A DNA stretch of 64,000 nucleotides, from the NCBI GenBank assembly GCA_017859395.1, contig JAFMNE010000002.1:18804-82803 (forward strand). The letters are read 5' to 3'. A program made the position numbers and the translations under genes. Each line of letters starts with the position of its first letter. Within the stretch, counting starts at the first letter, position 1. Positions 37,206 to 45,934 of this stretch are shown here, piece after piece. Origin of the DNA: Ilumatobacteraceae bacterium. GTDB lineage: Bacteria > Actinomycetota > Acidimicrobiia > Acidimicrobiales > Ilumatobacteraceae. Below the pieces are notes generated by a model, which saw nothing but the letters and a program-made list of their open reading frames with translations, was not told where the DNA came from and ran no database searches.

Positions 37206-37799
37206 TCACGACGGGTTAGGCAACGGGGGATAGGCAGGCTGTGAACTTACTGCAAGGCCTGGGAAGTCGTAGGTGCGCAACAACCCGGTGGTGGTGCTGC
37301 CATCGCTTCGGGGCCACGGGAACCGCTCATCGGCCACGGTGAGTTGCACTGTCTCAATGCCGTCGATTCGGTCGGCGGTGTGGACCAATTGCGCCACAGC
37401 CAGCAACAGGCCATCACCGGAGAGGTCGGCGATGTCGGCCGATAGGTCGATGTACAACACTGTGCCCACCTGGCGTACCGCGTTCACGCTGGTGTCGGGC
37501 GGCAGCGCACTCGACAACAACGCAGCCGATTCGTCTTCGGCGGGCCCCGCGATGACGGCTTCAAGCAGAGCGAGGCGCGTGCCCGCGTCGCGGTTCACCG
37601 ACCGCAGTTGGCGTGGGTCGTTGCCGGTAACGAGATAGATCTCACTTTCACCACTGGCGATTCCCGCCGAGGTGTCCGCACCGATGGCGAGTGATCGTTC
37701 GCCGACCGGAACATCGGTTGGTGCCGCCGCTGGCGAGATGCCACAGGCCGACACCGTCACGACCGTCGCCGCTACCGCGATCGCGCATCGGAGACTCAC
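37206..37799 (-). CDS. Short LpqB-like lipoprotein (GerMN-type domain only)
   Basis: Lipobox VVTVSACG. Operon position is downstream of, and overlapping, the mtrB-like kinase. Length is 197 aa. Confidence 0.6.
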   Translation of the reverse strand: MSLRCAIAVAATVVTVSACGISPAAAPTDVPVGERSLAIGADTSAGIASGESEIYLVTGNDPRQLRSVNRDAGTRLALLEAVIAGPAEDESAALLSSALPPDTSVNAVRQVGTVLYIDLSADIADLSGDGLLLAVAQLVHTADRIDGIETVQLTVADERFPWPRSDGSTTTGLLRTYDFPGLAVSSQPAYPPLPNPS

Positions 37800-39298
37800 G
37801 CGGGGTCCTCTCCATCGAGGTCGGCGCTGATGTCCTCGGCGGGTAACTCAACGATGAACGCTGCCCCGTCGGTGCGGTCGGCCCGGACGGCGACCCACAC
37901 CCGTCCTCCGTGGAGCCGAACGTGTTCGGCCACGAGAGCCAGGCCCAATCCAGAGCCGTCATTGCCGGCACGTCGACCGGCGCCACCGCCGCGAGCAAAG
38001 CGTTCGAATACGAGTCGACGCTCATGATGTGGCACCCCAGGTCCGTGATCTTCCACTCGGATATGCGCGACCTGGCGGCCAGCGGCGGGAATCTCCACCC
38101 GAACCTCGGCTGCGCCACCACCGTGCAGACGTGCATTGTCGATGAGGTTGGCGATCACGCGAGCCAGTCGTCGGCGGTCGGCAACGATCAACATGTTGTC
38201 GGCCCGGTCGCCAATGATGACGGGCGTGTCAGGCATGCTCGACACCGACACGGCATGACTGACGAACTGGGTGAGGAGCAGTTCGTCGGTGTGCAGCGTC
38301 ACGGCCCCGGCATCGAAGCGAGAGATCTCCAATAGATCCTCCACCAACGTACGGAAACGCGCCACATCGCTCGACAGCAGATCAACGGCCTCACGGGCTC
38401 GGTCCGGCAGATCGTCACGGCGGGCTTGGATCAACTCGATCGACCCGGCCAGGGTCGTCAATGGGGAGCGGAGTTCATGACTGACATCGGACGCGAACCG
38501 GGCGTCGCGTTCGATGCGCTCCTGCAGAGCCGATGCCATATCGTTGAATGACTCGCTGAGCACCGCCAGATCCGGGTCGCCGTTGGCGTCAAGGCGGGTA
38601 TCGAGACGCCCGCCGGCGATGGCTTTTGCGGCGCGAGCAGCTTCGCCCACCGGGCGGACGGCACGTCGTGAGGCAATTGTCGCGGTGATGATCGCCAACA
38701 CGATGGTGATCGCACCCGCAAGGATCAGCGACAGGCGCACACTGCGCAACGTTGACGACACCTCATCAAGGCTGAAGAACTCGAAGTAGGCGGCGTCATT
38801 GGCAAGCGGCCAGCCCACCGCGATATTGGTCTCACCGTCAACCTCGGTGACGATGTGTGCTGGCACGGCATCGTCAATGACCCGGTCGACGAGTGATTGT
38901 GGCAGGGCATCGGCCTGGTAGCGGCCTGTTCCAGCGGTCCAGCTGTCGCGGTACCAGATCAGCGCCCGTTGTACTCCAAATGACACCAGCGCATCGACTG
39001 CTGGCTGGGCGGTTGGCGCTGGCCCGCGCAGCGCGGTCTGCACGGTGCGGGCGTTGCGGCGGGTGGCCTCGATGGCGGCCTCCTCACGCTGTTGCACCAC
39101 ATTCGAACTCGCCAAGCCGTAGGTAGTGCCGGCGAGCAACACCGCCAGCATGGTGGCGCCGATCAAGAAGGTGGCGAGGATGCGTCGGCGAAGACCCCAC
39201 GGCCGTCGCCGGCGTCGATCAAAAATGCCGCGGAGTCCAAGTGTGTCGTCGTCGACGCGATCGTCATCGACGATGACGGGTTCGACGGTGGCGGTCAC
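37796..39298 (-). CDS. mtrB: Sensor histidine kinase (MtrB-like)
   Basis: Two TM segments, a HAMP region, H-box SHELRSPLT, N-box DNARLHGG and G-box GSGLGLALV. It overlaps both neighbours by 4 nt. Confidence 0.85.
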   Translation of the reverse strand: MTATVEPVIVDDDRVDDDTLGLRGIFDRRRRRPWGLRRRILATFLIGATMLAVLLAGTTYGLASSNVVQQREEAAIEATRRNARTVQTALRGPAPTAQPAVDALVSFGVQRALIWYRDSWTAGTGRYQADALPQSLVDRVIDDAVPAHIVTEVDGETNIAVGWPLANDAAYFEFFSLDEVSSTLRSVRLSLILAGAITIVLAIITATIASRRAVRPVGEAARAAKAIAGGRLDTRLDANGDPDLAVLSESFNDMASALQERIERDARFASDVSHELRSPLTTLAGSIELIQARRDDLPDRAREAVDLLSSDVARFRTLVEDLLEISRFDAGAVTLHTDELLLTQFVSHAVSVSSMPDTPVIIGDRADNMLIVADRRRLARVIANLIDNARLHGGGAAEVRVEIPAAGRQVAHIRVEDHGPGVPHHERRLVFERFARGGGAGRRAGNDGSGLGLALVAEHVRLHGGRVWVAVRADRTDGAAFIVELPAEDISADLDGEDPA

Positions 39299-39981
39299 GA
39301 CTGCAGTCGGTACCCGAGACCGCGAACGGTCACCACATGACGCGGATGAGCAGGATCGGTCTCGATCTTGGTGCGCAAACGTCGCACGTGCACATCCACA
39401 AGGCGGCCATCACCGAAGTAGTCGTAGCCCCAGACCTTGTCGAGGAGAGCTTCGCGACTGAACACCTTGCCGGGGTTCTCGGCCATCTCGCAGAGCAAGC
39501 GGAACTCGGTTTTGGTGAGATGCACCTCGGTGCCGCTGCACAGCACCTTGCCCTCATCAGGAATGATCTCGAGGTCGCCGAAGACCACACGCGCGTGTGG
39601 GGTGCCCGATGGGCGCACCCGCCGCAGTAGGGCGCGGATACGCGCCGACAACTCTTTATTCTCGAAGGGCTTTGTGAGGTAGTCGTCCGCTCCGGCTTCC
39701 AGCCCGGCCACGATGTCGTGGGTGTCGTCGCGGGCGGTGACCATCACCACCGGCACATCGCTGGTGCGCCGGATGGTGCGGCACAGTTCGAACCCGTCAA
39801 TACCGGGCAGCATGATGTCGATGAGGACCACGTCGGGTTGGTGAATCGTGAACAGGCCGATGGCTTCTTCGCCGCTGCTGGCCTCGAGCACGGTCCAGCC
39901 GTCGTCCTCAAGCGCCATCTTGACGACAGTGCGGATGCGCTCATCGTCTTCGACCGTCAGGATTCGGGTGTCCACGGTCAC
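39295..39981 (-). CDS. mtrA: OmpR-family response regulator (MtrA-like)
   Basis: Receiver domain (DVVLIDIMLPGIDG, K-P-F) plus a winged-helix output (LTKTEFRLL, VRGLGY). Confidence 0.9.
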   Translation of the reverse strand: MTVDTRILTVEDDERIRTVVKMALEDDGWTVLEASSGEEAIGLFTIHQPDVVLIDIMLPGIDGFELCRTIRRTSDVPVVMVTARDDTHDIVAGLEAGADDYLTKPFENKELSARIRALLRRVRPSGTPHARVVFGDLEIIPDEGKVLCSGTEVHLTKTEFRLLCEMAENPGKVFSREALLDKVWGYDYFGDGRLVDVHVRRLRTKIETDPAHPRHVVTVRGLGYRLQS

Positions 39982-40000
39982 AGTCTGCCGCAGAATCTGC

Positions 40001-40849
40001 TCAGTCGCGCTCGTATGGCGCGAGGAGGTCCATCAGAGGGGCGTCGAGGCCCGGGCGTGTTGCCAGCACTGCGAGGGGTCGGCTTCGGTCAAGGTGAGCG
40101 TGGGTGACACGTGCTCCGGCCTCGCGGCAGATCAGCACGCCGGCGGCCACATCCCACGCGTTCAGCGCATCCTCTACATACGCATCGACCCTGCCGCATG
40201 CCACATGGCACAGGTCGATAGCTGCCGATCCCGACCGACGGATGTCGCGAACATGGCCAAGAATGCCCGCGATACGTGCCCCTTGGCGGCTGCGATGGTC
40301 GGCATCGTAGGAGAACCCGGTGGTGACGAGGGCGTGACCCAGGTCGCTGGTCGGCGCTGAGGTCAAGGTGACCACGCGATCGTTCGTATGCAACCTGGCG
40401 CCATGCCCACGAGCCGCGGAAAACACCTCGCCGAGCGCAGGGACTGCAACCGCACCGGCCACCGCAGGTGATGTGAGCGGGTCATCGCCATCTCCGTAGT
40501 CGACGACGGCTACCGAGACCGCCCAGTCGGCGCGGCCGTACACGAAATTGGTGGTGCCATCGACCGGGTCGATGACCCATGTCAGCCCCGTTGATGATGG
40601 TCGCTGTGCGCCTTCTTCACCGAGGAGGCCGTCGTCAGGGCGCTCGCGGGCCAACGACGACACGATGTGATGTTCGGCGGCCAGATCTGCGGCACTGACC
40701 ACGTCGGTCGGCGAGGACTTGGAGTCCTGGTCGAGGCTGCCGGCGTCGAGACGTCCCGGGTGGACCTCGTCACGGAATCCGAGGGCGATACGCCCCGCCT
40801 CAGCTGCGAGGCGGCAACAGAGGGTTTCGAGTGCGACGACGTCGGTCAC
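40001..40849 (-). CDS. Inositol monophosphatase family protein (SuhB/ImpA-like)
   Basis: EE...WVIDPVDGTTNFVYG and WDVAAG motifs. GTG start overlaps the upstream stop. Confidence 0.85.
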   Translation of the reverse strand: MTDVVALETLCCRLAAEAGRIALGFRDEVHPGRLDAGSLDQDSKSSPTDVVSAADLAAEHHIVSSLARERPDDGLLGEEGAQRPSSTGLTWVIDPVDGTTNFVYGRADWAVSVAVVDYGDGDDPLTSPAVAGAVAVPALGEVFSAARGHGARLHTNDRVVTLTSAPTSDLGHALVTTGFSYDADHRSRQGARIAGILGHVRDIRRSGSAAIDLCHVACGRVDAYVEDALNAWDVAAGVLICREAGARVTHAHLDRSRPLAVLATRPGLDAPLMDLLAPYERD

Positions 40850-41127
40850 GGGGCGTGACCGGCACGCTCACGATCGCGGATCTCATGCCACTCGCCCATC
40901 GCCCGCAGAGCGAGCACTCCGACGATTGCCATGCCACCGGCGGTCACCACCGCGCCGACGAACAACCCAAGACCTGTTGCCAGAGTGCAGTCTCCGGTGC
41001 ATTGCACATCGACAAGTGCGTATCCGATGACACCACCGGCAATGCCGCCAAGGAGAACACCGACGAAGGCAATAGCCCGCGCTGCAGCGGGCGGAAGTGC
41101 CGACACACGACGATCATTCTCACTCAC
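40846..41127 (-). CDS. Small membrane protein (approximately 93 aa), hypothetical
   Basis: Two Gly/Ala/Val-rich hydrophobic segments. The start is uncertain, since the listed ORF extends to 41292. Confidence 0.4.
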   Translation of the reverse strand: MSENDRRVSALPPAAARAIAFVGVLLGGIAGGVIGYALVDVQCTGDCTLATGLGLFVGAVVTAGGMAIVGVLALRAMGEWHEIRDRERAGHAP

Positions 41128-41149
41128 ATCCGTCACGCTACAGCGGCGA

Positions 41150-41167
41150 CGTCGGGCATGCCCGACG
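41150..41167. repeat. Perfect 18-bp palindrome CGTCGGGCATGCCCGACG in the divergent region upstream of dinB
   Basis: Read directly. It lies 64 nt upstream of the dinB ATG and 23 nt upstream of the small membrane-protein gene's start. Confidence 0.5.
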
Positions 41168-41230
41168 CATCGTGCGTGGTGTCGGCCACGCCCGAGAGCA
41201 TGGTTGGGGAGCCGTAAGATCTGCTCTGCG

Positions 41231-42508
41231 ATGACCGCTCCCATCCACGACGGCGCCGGCACCAGTACGCCGCGACACGGCCCGCGCACCATCGCGCACG
41301 TCGATATGGACGCATTCTATGTGTCGGTCGAATTGTTGCGGCGTCGCGAACTTGTCGGGAAGCCGGTGGTCGTCGGCGCGACCGGTGGCCGAGGTGTGGT
41401 GGCTGCGGCATCGTACGAAGCTCGGCGTTACGGGGTCCGATCGGCGATGTCGGGTCTGGAGGCGCGTCGCCGGTGCCCTGATGCAATTTTCCTCGAACCC
41501 GACCATGTTGAGTACTCCCGGGTGTCGCGGCTCGTGCACGATGTGTTCAACAGCATCACTCCGCTTGTTGAACCGCTTGCACTCGACGAGGCGTTTCTCG
41601 ATGTCACGGGTGCCCGCGGGCTCTTCGGCGATGGCGAACAGATCGGTCGCACCGTGAGATCAGCGGTCGCCGAGGCCACCGGGCTGACCTGCTCGGTGGG
41701 GGTGGCCACGAACAAGTTCGTGGCGAAGTTGGCATCGGTGGAGGCCAAGCCCGTCGCGACACCGGCAGGGATCAACCCGGGTCGTGCAGTAGTGGTGATC
41801 CCATCGGGCGATGAGGCCAGCTTTGTGCAGTCGCTACCCATCGAACGATTGTGGGGGGTGGGGCCCAGCACTCGCCGCCGGCTTGCCGATGCTGGCGTGC
41901 ACACCATCACCGGGTTGCTCACGACGTCGACACCGGTGTTGACGGCCGCCGTCGGATCGGCCGCGGCCGAGCACCTAGTTGCATTGGCTCACGGCATCGA
42001 TGAGCGTCCTGTGGTTCCAGACCGCGAAGCAAAGTCGATCGGGCACGAAGAGACCTTCGGCGTCGACATCAGCGATTCCGTGCAGTTGCGAAGTCACCTC
42101 GTGCGGATGGCTGACCTTGTTGCCGGGCGGGTGCGCCGCCGTGGACACGGTGCACGCACCTGGACCGTCAAGGTGCGCCGCGGCGATTTCAGCACCGCCA
42201 CCCGGGCTACATCAACCCCGCAACCAATCGATGATCACTGGGTTGTCCTCGACGCACTGGCCGCAGGCATGGAACAGGCACGCGGTGGGCATGGTGTGCG
42301 CCTGCTCGGTGTATCGGCGTCGAACTTCGATGATCTGGGCGCGGGGTCTGATGGCCAACTCGGCCTATTCGACGATCCGCCGAGCAAGGAACTGTCATCA
42401 ACGTCGGCAACGGCGGCGATCGATGCGGTTCGTGACCGCTTCGGTGAGGGGGCGATTCGGCCAGCCAGCGCCATCGATACGCAACGTCGAACCCCCCGCT
42501 CGCGTTGA
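41231..42508 (+). CDS. dinB: DNA polymerase IV (Y-family)
   Basis: IAHVDMDAFYVSVE, VVVGA...GVVAAASYEARRYGVRSAM and LDEAFLDVTG motifs. The start was taken at Met101 of the listed ORF. Confidence 0.9.
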   Translation: MTAPIHDGAGTSTPRHGPRTIAHVDMDAFYVSVELLRRRELVGKPVVVGATGGRGVVAAASYEARRYGVRSAMSGLEARRRCPDAIFLEPDHVEYSRVSRLVHDVFNSITPLVEPLALDEAFLDVTGARGLFGDGEQIGRTVRSAVAEATGLTCSVGVATNKFVAKLASVEAKPVATPAGINPGRAVVVIPSGDEASFVQSLPIERLWGVGPSTRRRLADAGVHTITGLLTTSTPVLTAAVGSAAAEHLVALAHGIDERPVVPDREAKSIGHEETFGVDISDSVQLRSHLVRMADLVAGRVRRRGHGARTWTVKVRRGDFSTATRATSTPQPIDDHWVVLDALAAGMEQARGGHGVRLLGVSASNFDDLGAGSDGQLGLFDDPPSKELSSTSATAAIDAVRDRFGEGAIRPASAIDTQRRTPRSR

Positions 42509-42588
42509 GTCCGGCCGATCCACATGCGAGACTGTCGACAGCTCGGGACTTCCGGGCGGACAACACCCGAGAACGGGGAGCAGCGCGA

Positions 42589-42906
42589 ATGCCACTCTCA
42601 GAGGACGAACAGAGAATCCTCCGTCAGATCGAGGCGGAGCTGGAACAAGACCCCTCGTTCGCCGAGCGCGGATACCGGGTGTCGCGTCGTCGCCTTGCGC
42701 TCAGTATCGCGGGCATGGTCATCGGCTTGTTCGTGACCGTTATTGGCCTCGCGGTGAGCTTCCTCGTGTCGTTTGCCGCCTTCGCTGTGGTGCTCGCTCT
42801 GGGCAGCGTCGCTTTGGGCGAGCTGCGTCTTATCGGCCGCGAACAGATCGGCGATCTGCCGATTCGTGACTGGCTGTCATCGACGCGGCCACCGAACCGT
42901 GACTGA
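42589..42906 (+). CDS. DUF3040 domain-containing membrane protein
   Basis: MPLSEDEQRILRQIEAELEQDP is the hallmark DUF3040 N-terminus, followed by two TM helices. GGGGAG Shine-Dalgarno. Confidence 0.75.
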   Translation: MPLSEDEQRILRQIEAELEQDPSFAERGYRVSRRRLALSIAGMVIGLFVTVIGLAVSFLVSFAAFAVVLALGSVALGELRLIGREQIGDLPIRDWLSSTRPPNRD

Positions 42907-42915
42907 CCGACCGGC

Positions 42916-43890
42916 GTGGCGCGGAGCGCCATCATGACAACCAGCCTCGCCCCGAGCGCCACCGCTCTCGCGGTTGACCTCGGTGAACGCCACATTGTCG
43001 CTGGCATCGTTGACCCCGCAGGTGACGTCATCGTGGCCGACCGCATCGTGACGCCTCGTCGGGAGGCGATGCGCGCCCTTGGCGCCCTGGTCGAGCGGGT
43101 CATTGCGGCCGCCCCGGTGGAGCAGCGGCCAACGGTCGGCGCCGTCACAGCGCCAGGGCCAGTCGACGCGGCACCAGGAGAGTTCCGTCCCCTCGGTCTG
43201 CGCCGTTGGTGGCACGAGCCGGTGCGTCGGGTCGTCACATCAGCAAGTGGGCTCGATATCGCGTTGGAGTCAATTGGGCGGGGGTTTGCACTCGCTGCAC
43301 ACGACGCCGCGGTCGCCGATCGTGCGGCATCGGCTCCGGAGGAGCCAGATGAATCGGGTGCCGACGATCAGACGCCCTCGGCGGGCGCGGCGGTGCCCGG
43401 TGGGGTTCTCGGGTTGTATCTCGGCGATCAGGTCGACGGGGGAGTGGTCGTCGCCGGTGAGCTCGTCAACGGCGTGAACCGCCAAGCCGGACGTGTGGGC
43501 CACCTGTGTGTCGACCCAGATGGCCTGCAGTGCGTGTGTGGTGCGGTCGGTTGTCTCGAGTCGTATGCATCGATCCGCGGGGTTGAAGATCAAACCGATC
43601 GTTCGATCACGGTCACACCACCAGCCTTTGCGGAACGAGCGGGCACGATGGTGGGGCGGGCGTGCGCTGGACTGCTCGCCACCTTCGACCAACATCAAGT
43701 GGTCATTGGCGGGCCGCTGGTCCGCATATTGGGCGAACCGTTCCTCGCCGGCCTGCGGTCCGAATTCGAGCGCCGCTGTCGACTGCCCCATCTCACACAG
43801 GCGCGGGTGCGCATCGCCACCTTGTCGGTGCTTGCACCCGCAGGGGCAGTCGCGCACCGCATGCTCGCTCACACCGTCGACGAGGCCTGA
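42916..43890 (+). CDS. ROK-family protein (sugar kinase or regulator-like)
   Basis: LAVDLGERHIVAGIV N-terminal ATPase motif and CVCGAVGCLESYAS zinc motif. The start may be GTG 42916 or ATG 42934. Confidence 0.8.
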   Translation: MARSAIMTTSLAPSATALAVDLGERHIVAGIVDPAGDVIVADRIVTPRREAMRALGALVERVIAAAPVEQRPTVGAVTAPGPVDAAPGEFRPLGLRRWWHEPVRRVVTSASGLDIALESIGRGFALAAHDAAVADRAASAPEEPDESGADDQTPSAGAAVPGGVLGLYLGDQVDGGVVVAGELVNGVNRQAGRVGHLCVDPDGLQCVCGAVGCLESYASIRGVEDQTDRSITVTPPAFAERAGTMVGRACAGLLATFDQHQVVIGGPLVRILGEPFLAGLRSEFERRCRLPHLTQARVRIATLSVLAPAGAVAHRMLAHTVDEA

Positions 43891-43923
43891 CGGAGGGCTG
43901 GTCAGGCCCGCCTGCTGCTCGGC

Positions 43924-43929
43924 TACGAT
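43924..43929 (+). promoter_or_regulatory. Candidate -10 (TACGAT) for the leaderless acyl-CoA dehydrogenase gene
   Basis: TACGAT followed by 6 nt and then ATG 43936. Confidence 0.4.
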
Positions 43930-43935
43930 CGGCGC

Positions 43936-45156
43936 ATGCGACCACAGTACGACGTCGATGCCGAGGCCTACCGCGAGAAAGTGCGCGCCTTCCTCGGCGA
44001 GAAACTCCCTGCCGGCTTCACCGGCATTGGATCCCTTGAAGGAGACGCGCTCGTCGAATTCGCGACCGAGTGGCGCACCACCTTGTACGAGGCGGGCTAT
44101 CTGGCACCGGGGTGGCCAGAGGAATATGGCGGCGCCGGCCTCTCGGCGCTCGAGCAGGTGATCCTGGCTGAGGAGTTCGCCCGAGCGGGTGTGCCCACTG
44201 GTGGACCAAATGACGTCTTCGGCATCCAGATGCTCGGTAACACCTTGTTGATTATGGGCACCGAGGAGCAAAAGAAGTACTACCTGCCAAGGATCTTGTC
44301 GGGCGAGGACACCTGGTGTCAGGGCTATAGCGAACCCAACGCAGGCTCCGACCTCGGCAACGTTGGTCTGCGCGGTGTGCGCGACGGCGACCAGTGGATT
44401 CTGAACGGCCAGAAGATCTGGACCTCAGCCGGTCACCTCGCCGATCACATCTTCACACTGGCACGCACCGACCCAGACGCCCCAAAGCACAAGGGCATTT
44501 CATTCTTGCTTGTCGACATGCGTCAACCCGGGATCGAAGTGCGGCCAATCCGGATGATCAACGGCGACAGCGAGTTCAACGAGGTCTTCTACACCGACGC
44601 CACAGCGCCGGTGGACAATGTCGTCGGTGGTGTGAACAACGGATGGGCCGTTGCGATGACCCTGTTGGGTTTCGAACGCGGCGAGGCTGCAGCGACGTTG
44701 CCCATTCGTTTCCAAGCCGAAATCGATCGGTTGTTCATGCTGGCAGCCGAGCGTGGCCTGACCTCGGACCCGGTCATGCGTCAAAAGCTCGCCTGGGCGT
44801 ACTCGAAGGTGCAGATCATGCGTTACAGCGGGATGCGGGTGCTCACGAACTTCTTGCGCGGGCATCACCCCGGTCCCGACGGTGCCATCTCCAAGCTGTA
44901 CTGGAGCGAGTACCACCGCACGGTCACCGAGCTCGCAACGCACATCTTGGGCGCGGAAGCAATGGTGCCCACCGGTCGCATGCCGTCGTCGTCGTTCCAG
45001 ACCGATGATGCGGGCGCTCCGAACAGTTCAGCGTCGTGGGTGGGCACGTTCCTCAGCTCTCGCGCCGGCACCATTTACGCCGGATCCTCGCAGATCCAGC
45101 GCAATATCATCGGCGAGATGGTGTTGGGCCTTCCCAAGGAACCCCGCCCAGCGTGA
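43936..45156 (+). CDS. Acyl-CoA dehydrogenase family protein
   Basis: WPEEYGGAG, WCQGYSEPNAGSD, INGQKIWTS and GSSQIQRNIIGE motifs. Confidence 0.85.
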   Translation: MRPQYDVDAEAYREKVRAFLGEKLPAGFTGIGSLEGDALVEFATEWRTTLYEAGYLAPGWPEEYGGAGLSALEQVILAEEFARAGVPTGGPNDVFGIQMLGNTLLIMGTEEQKKYYLPRILSGEDTWCQGYSEPNAGSDLGNVGLRGVRDGDQWILNGQKIWTSAGHLADHIFTLARTDPDAPKHKGISFLLVDMRQPGIEVRPIRMINGDSEFNEVFYTDATAPVDNVVGGVNNGWAVAMTLLGFERGEAAATLPIRFQAEIDRLFMLAAERGLTSDPVMRQKLAWAYSKVQIMRYSGMRVLTNFLRGHHPGPDGAISKLYWSEYHRTVTELATHILGAEAMVPTGRMPSSSFQTDDAGAPNSSASWVGTFLSSRAGTIYAGSSQIQRNIIGEMVLGLPKEPRPA

Positions 45157-45413
45157 CGCTCCGCGCGCTGGCCGCGGTGGGCGCAGTGATCGTGCGCCCG
45201 ATGCTGTGGCCGGTGGCGTTGCGACAGTCGTGGCGGCTGGTGCTGCCCGCGTTGCGACCGACGCCGCGGGGTGCGGCGGCGCGCGAGTATCTCCGCTTCC
45301 GGTTGACCACTCAGTACGGCACATCGGGTCGCTCACTGCAGAGCCGCGATGTGGTGAACTATCTGCAGTGGTGTCGAGCAATGAGATCGATAGGGGCGAG
45401 GCCCCACCAGTGA
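45153..45413 (+). CDS. Small hypothetical protein (86 aa)
   Basis: The GTG start overlaps the ACAD stop (GTGA). Third-position G+C looks high across most of the ORF. No family recognised, and it could be non-coding. Confidence 0.35.
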   Translation: MTLRALAAVGAVIVRPMLWPVALRQSWRLVLPALRPTPRGAAAREYLRFRLTTQYGTSGRSLQSRDVVNYLQWCRAMRSIGARPHQ

Positions 45414-45425
45414 TCGGCATCTGAG

Positions 45426-45923
45426 ATGCGTGGCGTGCTGGTGCTCAATGCGAGTTTTGAGCCGCTCAGCGTCGTGTCAGCACGTCGTGCCACCTGTCTT
45501 GTCGTCGCCGAGAAAGCCGATGTTGTGGAGGCAGACGACGGATGCTTCCGCTCGCCGTCAATCACCGTGCCGGTGCCTCTCGTTGTCCGGCTGCGATACA
45601 TGGTGCGCGCGCCACGGCGAACGCGTGCGGCTCTGTCGCGACGTGCGGTATTCGCCCGCGACGATCATCGCTGCCAATACTGCGGTCAGATGGCTGATTC
45701 CATCGATCATGTGATGCCACGATCGCGCGGTGGCGGACACGAGTGGACCAACCTCGCTGCTGCCTGTCGGCGCTGCAACCTCACAAAGCGTGACCGCACA
45801 CCAGAAGAGGCAGGTATGCGGCTGTTGCGGCCGTGCGCGCCGCCGCGGACGCCATCGTGGGTGATGGTGGGGGCCTCGCGTATGCCCGAGGCATGGAAGC
45901 CGTATCTTCCCGCCGCGAGCTGA
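45426..45923 (+). CDS. HNH endonuclease
   Basis: VLVLNASFEPL N-terminus, then RDDHRCQYCG...DHVMPRSRGGGHEWTNLAAACRRCNLTK (HNH with CxxC pairs). Confidence 0.85.
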   Translation: MRGVLVLNASFEPLSVVSARRATCLVVAEKADVVEADDGCFRSPSITVPVPLVVRLRYMVRAPRRTRAALSRRAVFARDDHRCQYCGQMADSIDHVMPRSRGGGHEWTNLAAACRRCNLTKRDRTPEEAGMRLLRPCAPPRTPSWVMVGASRMPEAWKPYLPAAS

Positions 45924-45934
45924 GCCAGACATTG

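Noticed and set aside
41128-41230. Expected LexA box or RecA-independent (TGTCGGTG-N8-TAnnnT) promoter upstream of dinB.
   Set aside because: Neither motif is present. A TGTCGG string occurs, but without a correctly spaced TAnnnT hexamer.
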